Origin: Octopus sinensis
Taxonomy: Eukaryota
Assembly: GCF_006345805.1 (NCBI RefSeq)
Contig: NC_043000.1
Span: 81,592,001 to 81,656,000, forward strand
DNA: 64,000 bases
Direction: 5' to 3'
The position numbers and the translations under genes were made by a program. Numbering within the stretch: position 1 is the first letter of the stretch; each line of letters starts with the position of its first letter. Below the pieces are notes generated by a model that was given only the letters and a program-made list of their open reading frames with translations, was not told where the DNA came from and ran no database searches. Positions 13,287-25,837 of the stretch are shown in pieces.

Positions 13287-13795
13287 CTAAGCAATAAGGG
13301 TTCAGCAACGAATTGCCTTACCACATACCGAATTTAGAAATAGCAGTCAAAGGGTTATAGCTATTTCTTCTACTAAAAAGGGAGATCTCACTGAGATCTC
13401 CCTTTTTAGTAGAAGAAATAGCTATAACCCTTTGACTGCTATTTCTAAATTCGGTATGTGGTAAGGCAATTCGTTGCTGAACCCTTATTGCTTAGTATTA
13501 CTTAAATTTTCCTCAAATGAGGCTTTTACATGCCGAAGACTACTTGGTGTAATTGATAATTATTCCAAATTAATTAATTTCACCCTTCATTATTACGGAT
13601 AACTATATATATATATATATATACACACATATATATACATACATATATATACATATACATCCACACACACACATGCTTATGTGAAATCATTATATAGATT
13701 ATATAGATTAAAAAACAAGAAAAGAAATAATGAGAAAAACAATACATACATATGTAGGTACATACATACATATAGTTTTGGTCTAGTCAGCCTCT
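13069..13795. repeat. Nested inverted duplication (outer arms about 185 bp; inner perfect palindrome 13284-13498)
   Basis: Inner 107-bp arms are exact reverse complements around a single C at 13391. Outer arms 13069-~13250 and ~13604-13795 differ only by one TA unit. Confidence 0.95.
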
Positions 13796-13818
13796 GATAT
13801 ATATGCATATATCTATGC

Positions 13819-13855
<37 letters not shown>

Positions 13856-14190
13856 ATACATATGCATATATACATACATATAGATAGATAGATAGATAGA
13901 TAAAGATAGACATCTATACACACACATACCTGTGTGTTGTTTTTTGATTGAATTATTTCACATTTTCTCTTTCTTCATGACAAATGTCAACACTCAATTT
14001 TCTCTACATCTGCTCTGTTAAATTCAGTTGGTTTTAAATTTACCAATGCACCACATATTTTATCCTCATAAAATTAATATGAATATTCTTCAGGGCCAGA
14101 TGTTTGTTTGTTTGTTTTGTATGTGTGTGTATGTGTGTGCGTGTGTGTGTGTGTGGTGTGTGTGTGTGCATGCACACACAAGTATACATG

Positions 14191-14258
<68 letters not shown>

Positions 14259-14777
14259 AGAGAGAGAGAGAGAGAGAGAAGAGAGACTGAGACAGACAGA
14301 CAGACAGACAGACAGAGACACAGACAGTGTTTAAAAACTTGACACTTGTCACAGAATCTTAAAGCAAATTTATACAAGTCTGAACACAATTATGTCGGGT
14401 GGCCTGAATGTGGTTGCTTAACCTACTAGAAATAACCATAAAATTCCCCTTAAGTCATACTCTACTACCTTCAAAAGGACATCTGTTGCTACATTGGTTT
14501 GTGTAATATTAGGTACATGACACCTGAGGGAAAAAAGGCAAGATGGAATACATGGTTACTCAATCAGATCAGGCATAGTACTAAACAACAACAACAACAA
14601 CAACAAATAAATCTATTACTAAAATTAAATACCAAACACTAGAAGTCTTAGCTTTACTTTATATAAATTGTCTCACCTCACCTTTTATTAATTCATTGTT
14701 TTTCACCTTTTCTGTATGGTGCAACATCTCTACAGTCTGACTTCTACATGTTCTCTTCATTCTTGTTCCGTTTACAG

Positions 14778-14924
14778 CCATCTTTCGTGTGTATTGTGCT
14801 GACCACAGCTACTGTACCCTCCGTGTTCCCATGACAACCACAGTGTCCCACATCATTGCCCAAGCTCAGGAAAAACTTTCTCTAGGTGAAGATTTGGTAC
14901 TATGTGAGGTGAAGTCAAATGGAG
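14778..14924 (+). CDS. RAPGEF4: Epac/RAPGEF4-like exon (RA domain)
   Basis: tttacag|CC and GGAG|gtaagt. (T)IFRVYCADHSYCTLRVPMTTTVSHIIAQAQEKLSLGEDLVLCEVKSNG, compared with Epac2 [22 protein letters not shown]. Confidence 0.95.
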
Positions 14925-15395
14925 GTAAGTGTCCCATAAAAGCATTACATTTTATTATCTTTGTCAAATAGACAAATATGTCCATTTGAATAGTGGTATT
15001 CCATAGATGTATGATTAGATGTATGGTTTCCTTTATAGCGACTAAATTCTACATGAAAATATGTTTGTGGTTACTTAAGACATTGGTTTTCCTCATCCCT
15101 TCCCAATGAAAGTATACATCCTCTATAAAGATTGTATTTATCCACCACATCAAATAGATATATTTGGCTGCCCCAGAAGTTAGATCTCATCTACTATATT
15201 AAATATAAATATGTACTCAAAATGTAGATTGGACTTTATCTCCCATATCAAATTCAAGCGTGTGTCCAACACTGAGAAAGTATTTTATTTACCACATCAA
15301 ATGTGTCCTCCACAAAGAGAACAAAGCCTAAATTCTTAGTAACATTCTTAGTATCTGTATCAAATTGGTATATCTCAGTTTTTTGGCAATTCTAG

Positions 15396-15431
<36 letters not shown>

Positions 15432-15825
15432 TGGCTACTACTACTACTACTACTATTAGTACACACACACGCAAACATGTGGCAAGGATTTTGTTTGATA
15501 TAATGCAAGAATTATGCATGAAATGCTATGCTTTTGAAACATATGTAGCATGGATTGAACTACTGTTGTCCATTTATTTCCTTTATTGCATTTATTTACT
15601 GCATACCATACATGACTAATGTTACTAGTGAAATTGGAGTTGTGGATTACCTGTTACCTATAAATAATCATTCTTACTTTTATAATGGAATGATAAAATG
15701 GGAATATTATTAATTAATTGATTTTAATATCAATATTACTCCCCTATAGACCTGAAGCCAATCAAATGCTGGAAGCCACCTAGCTAATAACAAATCATTG
15801 ACATGATCCAAACCATTTGATATAT

Positions 15826-15863
<38 letters not shown>

Positions 15864-16033
15864 ACGCGCACGCACACACACATACACAGACATACATAAT
15901 TACTTTCATATATGTATGCATACATGTAATGCATATGTGTGTAGCAGAGGTAGTAGCAAGGATTACTAAAAGATTGTGACTTGCCATATATATATACATA
16001 TTTAACTTATTTTCCCTTTACAATTCTTTTTAG

Positions 16034-16131
16034 AACGCATTTTATTCAGAGAGAATGACTTGGGCATTGTTAACAGTCTAAGTCTAAATGGACGTCTTTT
16101 TTTAACACCACGGGAACATTTAGATGCAGTG
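16034..16131 (+). CDS. RAPGEF4: Epac/RAPGEF4-like exon (end of RA domain)
   Basis: ttttag|AA and GTG|gtaaga. (E)RILFRENDLGIVNSLSLNGRLFLTPREHLDAV, compared with Epac2 INGRLFACPREQFDSL. Confidence 0.95.
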
Positions 16132-16147
16132 GTAAGATATTCTTCTC

Positions 16148-16178
<31 letters not shown>

Positions 16179-16280
16179 GTTGTTGTTGTTGCTGTTTCTG
16201 CTGCTGCTGCTGTTGTTTTTGTTGTTGTTGCTGTTTCTGCTGCTGCTATTGTTTTTGTTGTTGTTGCTGTTGTTGTTGTT
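16148..16280. repeat. Compound (GTT)n/(GCT)n triplet repeat
   Basis: Starts about 16 nt after the donor site at 16132 and contains a duplicated GTT/GCT block. Confidence 0.9.
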
Positions 16281-18182
16281 AAGGTGATGAGCTAGCAGAA
16301 AAGTTAGTATGCCAGGCAAAATGCTTAGCAGCATTTCGTTGGTTGTTATGTTCTGAGTTCAAATTCTGCCAAGGATGACTTTGCTTTTCATCCTTTCAGG
16401 GCTGATAAAATAAGTACCAATGGAGTACTGGAGTCGATGTAATTGATTAGCCACCTCCCCCAAATTTCAGGCCTTGTGCTTATACTAAAAAGAGTTCTGA
16501 TTATGATTACTAATATTATTATTATTATTGTTAAGGAGGTGAGCTGGCAAAATCATTAATGTGCTGGACAAAATGTTTAGTGGCATTTTGTTCATCTTTA
16601 CATTTTGAGTTCAGATTGTGTTGAGGTTGACTTGGCCTTTCTTCCTTTCAGGCTCAATAAAATAAGTACCAGTTGAGCAGTGGGGCTGATGTAATTGACT
16701 ATTTCCTTGCCCCTAAAATTCAGGCTTTGTGCCTATAGTAGAAAGGATTATTATTGTTTTTCTTTCTCCCTTTTTTGTGGCTAACTTCTAAAATAATTGC
16801 TGAATCAATTCTCTGGGATTATGGAAGTTTGCTTGGTTTTATTGGAAATGATTGAAACGAGACTCACAGATGGCTTGGAATCATTTGAACATTATATGAA
16901 AATATTAGGAAGTATTGGAATATATTTAGATGATCTGAAATTTAATGCCTGCATTAATGTATCTTTCGGCAACTTAAAATGATTTCTAAATTCTGGTTGA
17001 CTTGAAAGTAATGGATGATATTGATAATATATCACTGTATCACATGTTAATAGAAACGAATATAAAGCTAAATTTAGATGTCACTTTTGTGGATATAAAC
17101 ATGTGAGGCAGTTGATAAAATGTATATTAAATAGGGAAAATGTATCACTTTCAGGAAGCGTGTCGATCGATCAGAGTCTTTGAAAAGAATTTTGAAGAAA
17201 TTAGAAATAAATGAAAAATCTGCAAATAGTCATTAAATTATAAAAAAAAAACTATAAAGTGGCAAACCTGGGAATTATTGTTTTATGGTATTTTCATATG
17301 TCTGTTATCATTCTTTGTTATTATTATTATTCTTGCTGATACTGTTGCTGCTATTGTAAGTCTTACATGTATACATCAGTATCAGCATCATTTAGCATCT
17401 ATTTTCCATACTGGCAAGGATTAGATAGTTTGACTGGAGCTGGTAAGCAGGAGCTGCACCAGACTCCAGTCTTTATTGGCTCAGTATCTGCTATTGGATT
17501 CCCTACCTAATGCCAACCATTCCACAGAGTGTACTGGGCATCTTTAGTAAAATTACTTTGTCATTATTAAGCTAGTGTTTGAGTGTAAGTTGTTTTAATT
17601 TTAGATAATTCTAAAACATGAAATATGTTTCATACAATCACTGCAGTTTCAGGTGTGTTGGTACCAAATGAGATGATATTGGCTTCAAATTGTGGCTCAA
17701 GGCCAGCAATTTCTGGAAAGGGGTTAAGTGAAATAAATCAACCCCAATGATCAACTGGTACTTATTTTATCAACCTCAAAAAGGTGAAAGGCAAAGTCGA
17801 CCTCAGTGGAATTTGAACTCAGAAAGTAAGGACAGACAAAATGCTGCTAAGTATTTTGCCTGGCATGCTAATGATTCTTCCAACTTGCTGCCTTATTAAA
17901 AGGGACCAGCAAGCTTCTACAGAGAATCAAACTCTGCACCTCAATTGTTGTAACATTACATGTGTCTACATGTTGGTTAGGGATGTTTGGCTTCCATTTC
18001 AACAAAAAAATTCAGATATTCTATTGTGTAAATGACCAATGTGTAAATACAGAGTTACTCAGATAAACTTAAAACAACAGCATTATCCTTTAGAATTGTT
18101 TGTTGATTTGAATTGAAACTGATTTCTGTTTTTTGACTCTCACAAGATTTTATTTCACTATTTCTTTCCCTTTTATTTTCAG

Positions 18183-18308
18183 ACTCCTTTGCCAGAACAG
18201 GATGATATTCTCTCTGGAACAGCATCATCTTTGGAACTTGTTGGGTCACAAGAATTAGCTTATCATATGACAATTTATGATTGGGAACTTTTCACTTCGG
18301 TTCCTGAG
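18183..18308 (+). CDS. RAPGEF4: Epac/RAPGEF4-like exon (start of CDC25-HD)
   Basis: ttttcag|ACT and GAG|gtaagc. TPLPEQDDILSGTASSLELVGSQELAYHMTIYDWELFTSVPE. Confidence 0.96.
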
Positions 18309-18752
18309 GTAAGCAAAAGTACATCTTTTGTTGAGTCTTTAACATTGCTTTTATTGAACAGATTGGCGATGAAAGATGTTCAAATTATGACCACCCTGTC
18401 TTGACTCTTTTCCAGGAAGTGTACCTTGGGTTACATTATCCAATGTCTTCTTTTATCCGATGGTATTCCTTTCAGGTTGAGTGACCTATAGACTTCACAG
18501 ACTCAGTCTTTTTTGCATTTCTCAAAAAGCATAGTTGTCTGCTATGAAGTTTGTATTCTAACCACATAATCCCAGGTTCAATTTCCGTGCACAGCACATT
18601 CAGTAAATGTACTCTTATCAACAGCTTGTAAGTGCAGTTTGATATGCAGAAACTGTGTGGAAGCTCATTATATGATTATATATAAATATATATATATCTA
18701 CTATGTATGTGGGAAATTCTATAAACTCTGGGAATGCATGGGAATGCATATA

Positions 18753-19002
18753 CATCATCATCATCATCATCATCATCGTTTAACGTCCGTTTTCCGCGCT
18801 AGCACGGGTTGGACGGTTTCGACCGGGGTCTGGGGAGCTAGGGACTGCCCCAGGCTCCAGTCTAGTCTGGCAGTGTTTCTACAGCTGGATGCCCTTCCTA
18901 ACGCCAACCACTCCGCGAGTGTAGTGGGTGTTTTTTACGTGCCACCTGCACAGGTGCCAGAGGGGTCTGGCATCGGCCACGTTCGGATGGTGCTTTTTAT
19001 GT
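18753..19002 (-). mobile_element. RTE 3' UTR-type fragment
   Basis: (CAT)n followed by gtttaacgtccgttttcc, the same 3' end as the RTE at 20139. Confidence 0.85.
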
Positions 19003-19039
19003 GGGGGGGGGGGGTGCAGAAATATATAGGGGAGCACCA

Positions 19040-19825
19040 GTGGGGAGGGGTGGTTCAGAGAAATGATGACAGGTTCTAGGCAAGTAGAACGTAGGATATC
19101 AAGAGAGGGGTAATGCATGGTGAAATAGCGTGTTGAAGAGGGGGGTTCGAAGAGTAGACACCTATAATGGTGGTGGGAGAAGCGACATCCGGTATAGATG
19201 GAGCAAAAATATAGAGATATCCGGTATTGGTGGTGGGGGTGGGCAAGGGCGGGTGCACCGGGAATATGCGAAGGTTGAACTGACGGGCTGGCTTAAAAAT
19301 GCTCTTAGCAATGGAAAGGGGGATGGCAGACAACGTAAAAGAGGGAGAGAGAGAAGGGAATAGTGGAACCCCACGAAAATGGGCCGCCATTGAAAAAAAA
19401 ACCCTGTATGGAGAAATAATATGCAATACGAGGCAAAGCTGAAAATAGTAATAATAATAATAATAATAATAATATAATAATAATAATAAGCAAACTTTCG
19501 ACCGAGGATCAAAGGGACAATACTAATACTAATAATAGTAATAATAATAATAAATAATAAACAGCTCAACCACAACATTAGATTAGAAAGACTTTCATCT
19601 TGGGAACATTTCGTTCTTCGGCCTGACACGGGAATATGCGAAGGTTGAACTGACGGGCTGGCTTAAAAATGCTCTTAGCAATGGAAGGGGGGATGGCAGA
19701 CAATGTAAAAGAGGGAGAGAGAGAAGGGAATAGTGGAACCCTGCGAAAATGGGCCGCCATTGAAAAAAACCCCTGTATGGAGAAATAATATGCAATACGA
19801 GGCGAAGCTGAAAATAGTAATAATA

Positions 19826-19830
<5 letters not shown>
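19040..19830 (-). mobile_element. Probable Penelope-like fragment with about 200-bp direct repeats
   Basis: Direct repeats 19259-19459 and 19629-19828 differ at only a few positions. Each is followed by (AAT)n or (TA)n. Confidence 0.45.
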
Positions 19831-19869
<39 letters not shown>

Positions 19870-20138
19870 TATAAACGTATTGTGTTATATTATATTTGAA
19901 AGAAATTCATTCATATATTGCAATGCTTCCACAATTTTTAGAAGGGTTCCAATATTACGTATTTTTACCAAATATTACTTGGTAGGCATAAACCTATTCA
20001 TTTTGAAGTTATATGCTGGAATCAAATATTTTGGATGTGAACAAAAAATATTGTACCAGGGATGAAGGAGGAGAATAAAAACTTAGTGTTATAGAAAAAC
20101 TTTAAAACCATTCTCTACTGATATTTTTTTGCTTTTGT

Positions 20139-23100
20139 ATCATCATCATCATCATCATCATCGTTTAACGTCCGTTCTCCATGCTAGCATGGGTTGGACG
20201 GTTCGACCGGGGATCTGGGAAGCCAGAAGGCTGCACCAGGCTCCAGTCTTATCTGGCAATGTTTCTACAACTGGATGCCCTTCCTAACGCCAACCACTCC
20301 GTGAGTGTAGTGGGTGCTTTTTACGTGCCACCCGCACAGGTGCCAGGCGAGGCTGGCAACAGCCATGGTCGGATTGGTGCAATTTACGTGCCACCGGCAC
20401 GGAAGCCAGTCGAGGCGGCGCTGGCATCGGCCACGATTCGGATAGTGCTTTTTACATGCCACCAGTCCAGAAGTCCTGGCATCTGCAGGGAGCCAGTCAT
20501 AGGATTGGTTCAATTTCGATTTCACTTGCCCCAACATGTCTTCGCAAGCAAGGGGGTTGGCATGGGTGCCTGTCGTCGGATGAGGTTCGATATTGACTTC
20601 GCTTGCCTCAAGAGGTCTTTGTGTCTAAGGGAGGAAAGGCATGCATAAGTGGGCTGGGCTCACTTGTCCTGCCTGGTCTTCTCACGTACAGCATATTTCC
20701 AAAGGTCTCGGTCGCTGGTCATTTCCTCAGTGAGGCCTAAAGTTCGAAGGTCGTGCTTCACCACCTCGTCCCAGGTTTTCCTGGGTCTACCTCTTCCACA
20801 GGTTCCCTCAACTGCTAGGGATTGGCACTTTCTCACACACCTATCTTCATCCATTCTCACCACATGACCATACCAGCGCAATCGTCTTTCTTGCACACCA
20901 CAACTGATGCTTCTTAGGTACAACATTTCTCTCAAGGTACTAACGCTCTGTCGAGTATGTACACTGACATTACACATCCATCGGAGCATACTAGCTTCAT
21001 TCCTCGCAAGCTTACGCATGTCCTCAGCAGTCACGGCCCATGTTTCATTGCCATGTAGCATGGCTGTTCGTACACATGCATCATACAGTCTGCCTTTTAC
21101 TCTGAGCGAGAGGCCTTTAGTCACCAGCAGAGGTAAGAGCTCCCTAAACTTTGCCCAGGCTATTCTTATTCTAGCAGTTACACTTTCAACACACCCACCC
21201 CCACTACTGACTTGGTCACCTAGATAACGGAAGCTATCAACTACTTCTAGTTTTTTTCCCCTGAAAAGTGACGGAAGTTGCTTTCTGCAGATTTTCGGAG
21301 GTTAATGCTCCCGAGCATCTGCCACATACAAAAACTATCTTCCCAGTTAGCCTACCTTTGACATTGCTGCACCTCTTATGTGTCCATAGCTTACACTGGG
21401 TACATCTTATAGAGTTTCGACCTACACCTTTTCTACAGATCGAGCAGGGCCATCTTCCTGAAGACATTTGTGGATTGTCTACCTTCCTACTTATTAGTAC
21501 TTTGGTTTTAGCTAGGTTGACTCTAAGGCCCCTCAATTCTAAACCCTCCTTCCACACCTGGAACTTCTCCTCCAGTTCTGATAGTGACTCAGCAATTAGA
21601 GCAAGGTCGTCAGCATAGAGGAGCTCCCAGGGGCAACCTGTCTTGAATTCCTCCGTAATTGCCTGGAGGACTATGATAAATCGGAGGGGGCTGAGTACTG
21701 AACCCTGGTGGACCCCAACCTCTACTTTGAATTCTTCTGTATACATGTTGCCAACCCTAACCTTACTTACGGCATCTCTGTACATGGCTTGCACAGCCCT
21801 CACCAGCCATTCACCTATCCCTAGTTTCCTCATTGACCACCAGATAAGGGATCGGGGGACCCTATCAAAGGCTTTCTCCATGTCAACGAAAGCCAGGTAC
21901 AGGGGCTTATCTTTGGCTAGGTATTTCTCCTGCTGCTGCCTTACCAGGAATATAGCATCAGTGGTACTTTTCCCTGGCACGAACCCAAACTGCATCTCAT
22001 CTAAACTAACTCTCTCTCTCTAATTAGTTGGGCTACGACCCTCTCCGTAACCTTCATTACCTGATCCAACAGCTTGATACCTCTGTAATTATTTGTATCT
22101 AGGGCATCACCTTTACCTTTGTAGCAGTTGACTAGTATGCTGCTACACCAGTCATTGGGTATGACTCCTTCGTGTATCACCTGGTTGACTATACGGGTGA
22201 CTAGGTTATAGCCGACACTGCCAGATATTTTGAGCATCTCTGCAGTAATTCCTGATGGGCTTGGGGCTTTCCCTGTCTTCATGCTTCTAATTGCCTTAAC
22301 TACCAAAGAATTTTCAACTCAGATGGCTGGTCCCTCTGTTGGGTTGACATTCGGCAGACTCTCTTTATCCCATTCATTTTCTTTATTCAGCAACCTTTCA
22401 TAGTGGCATCTCCAAACCTCTCTCTTTGCATCCTCATTTAGCGCAAGTGAACCATCATCCATGCGAACACACTTCTCTCCTACCACATCACGATTCTCTC
22501 TCACACACTGTCTTGCAACACGAAATACCTCAAGTCTTTCATCCTCACGGCTCAGAACATTGGCAAATTTTTTCTTATCCGCTTCCCCTCTGGCTAAATA
22601 AACCTGTCTCCTAGCTTCCCTTCTGGCTGTCTGATACAATTCCCTGCTACCACTGTTCTTCCAGACCTTCCAAGCCTGTCTCTTTTGTCTAATAGCCCTG
22701 TCAACCACAGTGTTCCACCACCACGTTACTCTGGGTCGAGATGGTACTTTGCTCCATCCACAGATCTGGTCAGTGGCTGTCAGCATATTGTCCCATAGAA
22801 ATCTCCAGTTGTCTTCCACATTAAGTGAAGCTATATCCCCTCCTATTTCGTCAAAGGCTTTGAGTAGTATGTCTCTAAATCTCTGTCCATTTGCAGGATC
22901 TTTAAGCTTCCAGACCCATCTCCTCCAAGCTGGTCTTCTTCTGGGCAACCATTTAGCTCTGATCCTGAAGTCGCTAACTACTAATCTATGTTGAGGAGTA
23001 CATTCTTCGCCTGGAAAGGTTTTGGCATTTATAAGCAGCCCTCTTTCCCTTTTTCTGGCAAGGATGTAGTCAATCTGGCTAGTGTGTCTGCCAGAACGGT

Positions 23101-23755
23101 AGGTGACTAGGTGAGAGGTGGGTTTCCTGAAGTTGGTATTGCAGACCATAAGGTCATTTGCATCGCAGAACTCCAGCAGCCTGGTTCCCTCCTCATTACG
23201 AGAGCCAAAACCGTAGCCTCCATGAACGCCATGGAAGCCCCCGACATGCCGTCCAACATGTCCATTGAAATCACCCGCCATGAAGAGAAGGTCACTGTCA
23301 TTTGTCAATGAGGTAGTCCGCAATAGGGTGTCATAGAATTGGTCTTTTTGTCCTTCCGGTAGCCCTGGTTGAGGGGCATATGCCGAGATGATGGTAGCTG
23401 ACCTATGGTGAAAGACTAATTTAATTTTAATTACTCTGTCACTTACTCTGACTACCTCGATTACCTTATCTACCCATTTCTCCACAAGAAGTATACCCAC
23501 GCCCCCGACCCCGTCAGTGTTCCCTGCCCAGAAAATCTTGTACCTGTGTTCCTTGCCTGTGAGGAGCCTAGCGGAACCTCCTCTCCACCTTACTTCCTGG
23601 ATGCAGCATAAATCCACAGGTCTCCATTCAAGCAGCTCTACAATCTCTCCAGACCTACCTTTCAATATGCCAACATTGAGTGTGCCAACTCTGAGGGTGT
23701 GGGAGGTGTGGGCCTCTGAAACCCTGGGATGAGGGACAGCCGTGTCATGTACCTG
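20139..23755 (-). mobile_element. Near-full-length RTE-clade LINE (AP endonuclease + RT), with 3 lesions
   Basis: EN motifs TLRVGTLNVG, GDFNGHVG and SQIDYIL. RT motifs QFGF, DMEKAFD, GVHQGSVLSP, LLYADDL and RYLGD. C-terminus GRPRKTW with stop at 20660. The 3' UTR ends in (GAT)n. Lesions: in-frame TGA at 22319-22321, +2 in a GA run near 22011-22021, +1 in an A7 run near 21251-21257. Confidence 0.95.
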
Positions 23756-23829
23756 AAAATATTATTTTTTCCTTAATTCTTTGCTGAAACTATCATAATC
23801 AATTAATTCATTCAATTTCTCTGCTGTAG

Positions 23830-24008
23830 TATGAACTGATATATCAAGTATTTGGAAGATACAAGTTTGCAAAAATGACGGCCAACCTGGATCTCTTCTT
23901 AAGACGCTTTAATGAAGTCCAGTATTGGGTTGTTACTGAAATCCTCTTAACGCAAAATCTCAACAAACGTGTTCATCTTTTGCGTAAATTCATCAAACTA
24001 GCTTCATA
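23830..24008 (+). CDS. RAPGEF4: Epac/RAPGEF4-like exon (CDC25-HD); absent from the ORF track
   Basis: ctgtag|TAT and TCATA|gtaagt. [72 protein letters not shown] is typical of Epac. Confidence 0.97.
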
Positions 24009-24133
24009 GTAAGTAGTTTCTCTTTGATACATGCTAATTAAAAGCAACTAATTCTCATTAATGTCAAATGCAAAATTACATTTCTTTGTAGTATTATAGT
24101 TTACTGCTCACATTTAAAGCTATATATATATAT

Positions 24134-24167
<34 letters not shown>

Positions 24168-24656
24168 GGTGTCTTAATATATATATTAAGGTGTCTTAAT
24201 CCTGGAAATGTATCTGGTCTGACATCAAATTAAAACTAGTGCTGTGACCAAGAATTCAATATTCAATCATCAGCAGGTGTCTTATGTATGTATGTGTGCA
24301 TCTGTATGCATGTATATGTGTGTATATGTATATATATGTATGTATATTATATACATATGTCTATGGGTATGTGGATTAAACAAAAACATCAATGGATTTT
24401 AAATTTTGTGACAACTGTTTCACTAAGAACCTTTATTTAATATAAGCATCATGCAATATTTTGGATTATGCCATGCATTGTGCAATTCTCCAACTCATCA
24501 AACAATATTTAAAACAGTTTATTCACAGCTTGTTGAGTAATCAATTGATTCTCAGACAAGTGAAGTTATAGTCAAAGGTTCTGATTTATATCATGAACAA
24601 TGTAAGCATTTCAAGGAACTCCAGAATTCTGTATAACTGAAATATGTATATATATA

Positions 24657-24711
<55 letters not shown>

Positions 24712-25538
24712 TTACATGCATACACACACACATGCACATTCATACATTCACACACATACATACTCACATGCACATATGTAAGTATACAAGCCACAGAGTA
24801 AGAAACATTTCTAGAAGGTTAATAAATTTCACTCTTCAGTGCTATAACAGACAACCTCTCTAATGCTGCTTGCACAGCCAAATACACTCTGTTCACTTTG
24901 TAAATTTGTTAGTCACAGAAATAAGCAAGCTAAAAGGAGAAAATGATGGAAGGGTGACATGAACTCAGTAAGCTACTCTGTGAGCAACCCATCAAGGAGA
25001 GCAACAATTCAAAACATTTAAAAAAATAGGGGAGACAGAATACAGAGTAGTCCAGTCCTGTCATAGACAACCTCTCAAATACTGGTAGCTCAATGAAACA
25101 TACTGTGTCAATGCTGTAGAATAGTTGTTGATAGGAATGGTATTCAGCCATAAATTATATAAGTAGAGATTCGTAATTTTTTCTGTTACTGCATGTGCTG
25201 AAGGATAAAAGACAGTAACAAGAAGCTAGATGCCAAGTTGTATCCAACTCAGACAAACATCAAGAAAGTAGGCATGAAATAATGGTATGTGCACACACAC
25301 GCACATACACACACACATACACACACACCTGCATGCAGTGAAGCTGAATTTTAGTAGCCATGCTGCATGTGTACACAAGAGACTTTGATAGTTAATGCCC
25401 TGTAATACTATTATTTCAAAATAATGCATAACGGAATTTAACAGTGCAGATGTATGTAAAATGGTAGCAGTGATTCTGTCATGATGTAATTGTGAAAATA
25501 TTATAAATGTTTAACGATTTATCCTTTGTTTCTTTCAG

Positions 25539-25629
25539 TTGTAAAGAATATCAAAACATGAGCAGTTTTTTCGCCATTGTATTAGGTCTAAGTAATATTG
25601 CAGTAAGCAGATTATCTCAAACATGGGAG
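25539..25629 (+). CDS. RAPGEF4: Epac/RAPGEF4-like exon (CDC25-HD)
   Basis: tctttcag|T and GAG|gtaagt. (Y)[30 protein letters not shown]. Confidence 0.97.
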
Positions 25630-25720
25630 GTAAGTAATAGTTCTGACAATACTAACATTGCCTGGCATTAGTTTATACCTATTTGTCTCAGTCAACATGG
25701 CCATAAACCATCTATCATAT

Positions 25721-25774
<54 letters not shown>

Positions 25775-25837
25775 ATATACAGTATTGCTATATTAATATA
25801 TGTGTGTGTGTGTTTTGAATAAAAAAGTGCTGATCAC

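Noticed and set aside
13511-13550. Hammerhead-like CAAATGA-GGC-N8-GCC-GAAG on the + strand
   Set aside because: The core deviates at several invariant positions and I could not form stems I and III.
20300-20470. Repeat-spacer pattern resembling a CRISPR array
   Set aside because: These are RTE 3' UTR modules with related spacers, in a eukaryotic context with no cas genes.
20181-23732. Plus-strand ORFs overlapping the RTE, and similar ones over the CR1 at 37135-37755
   Set aside because: They are antisense shadows of LINE coding or UTR sequence.
20120-23770. Target-site duplication for the large RTE
   Set aside because: The flanks share only an AT-rich ATATT(A)TTTTT motif, which is not a convincing TSD.
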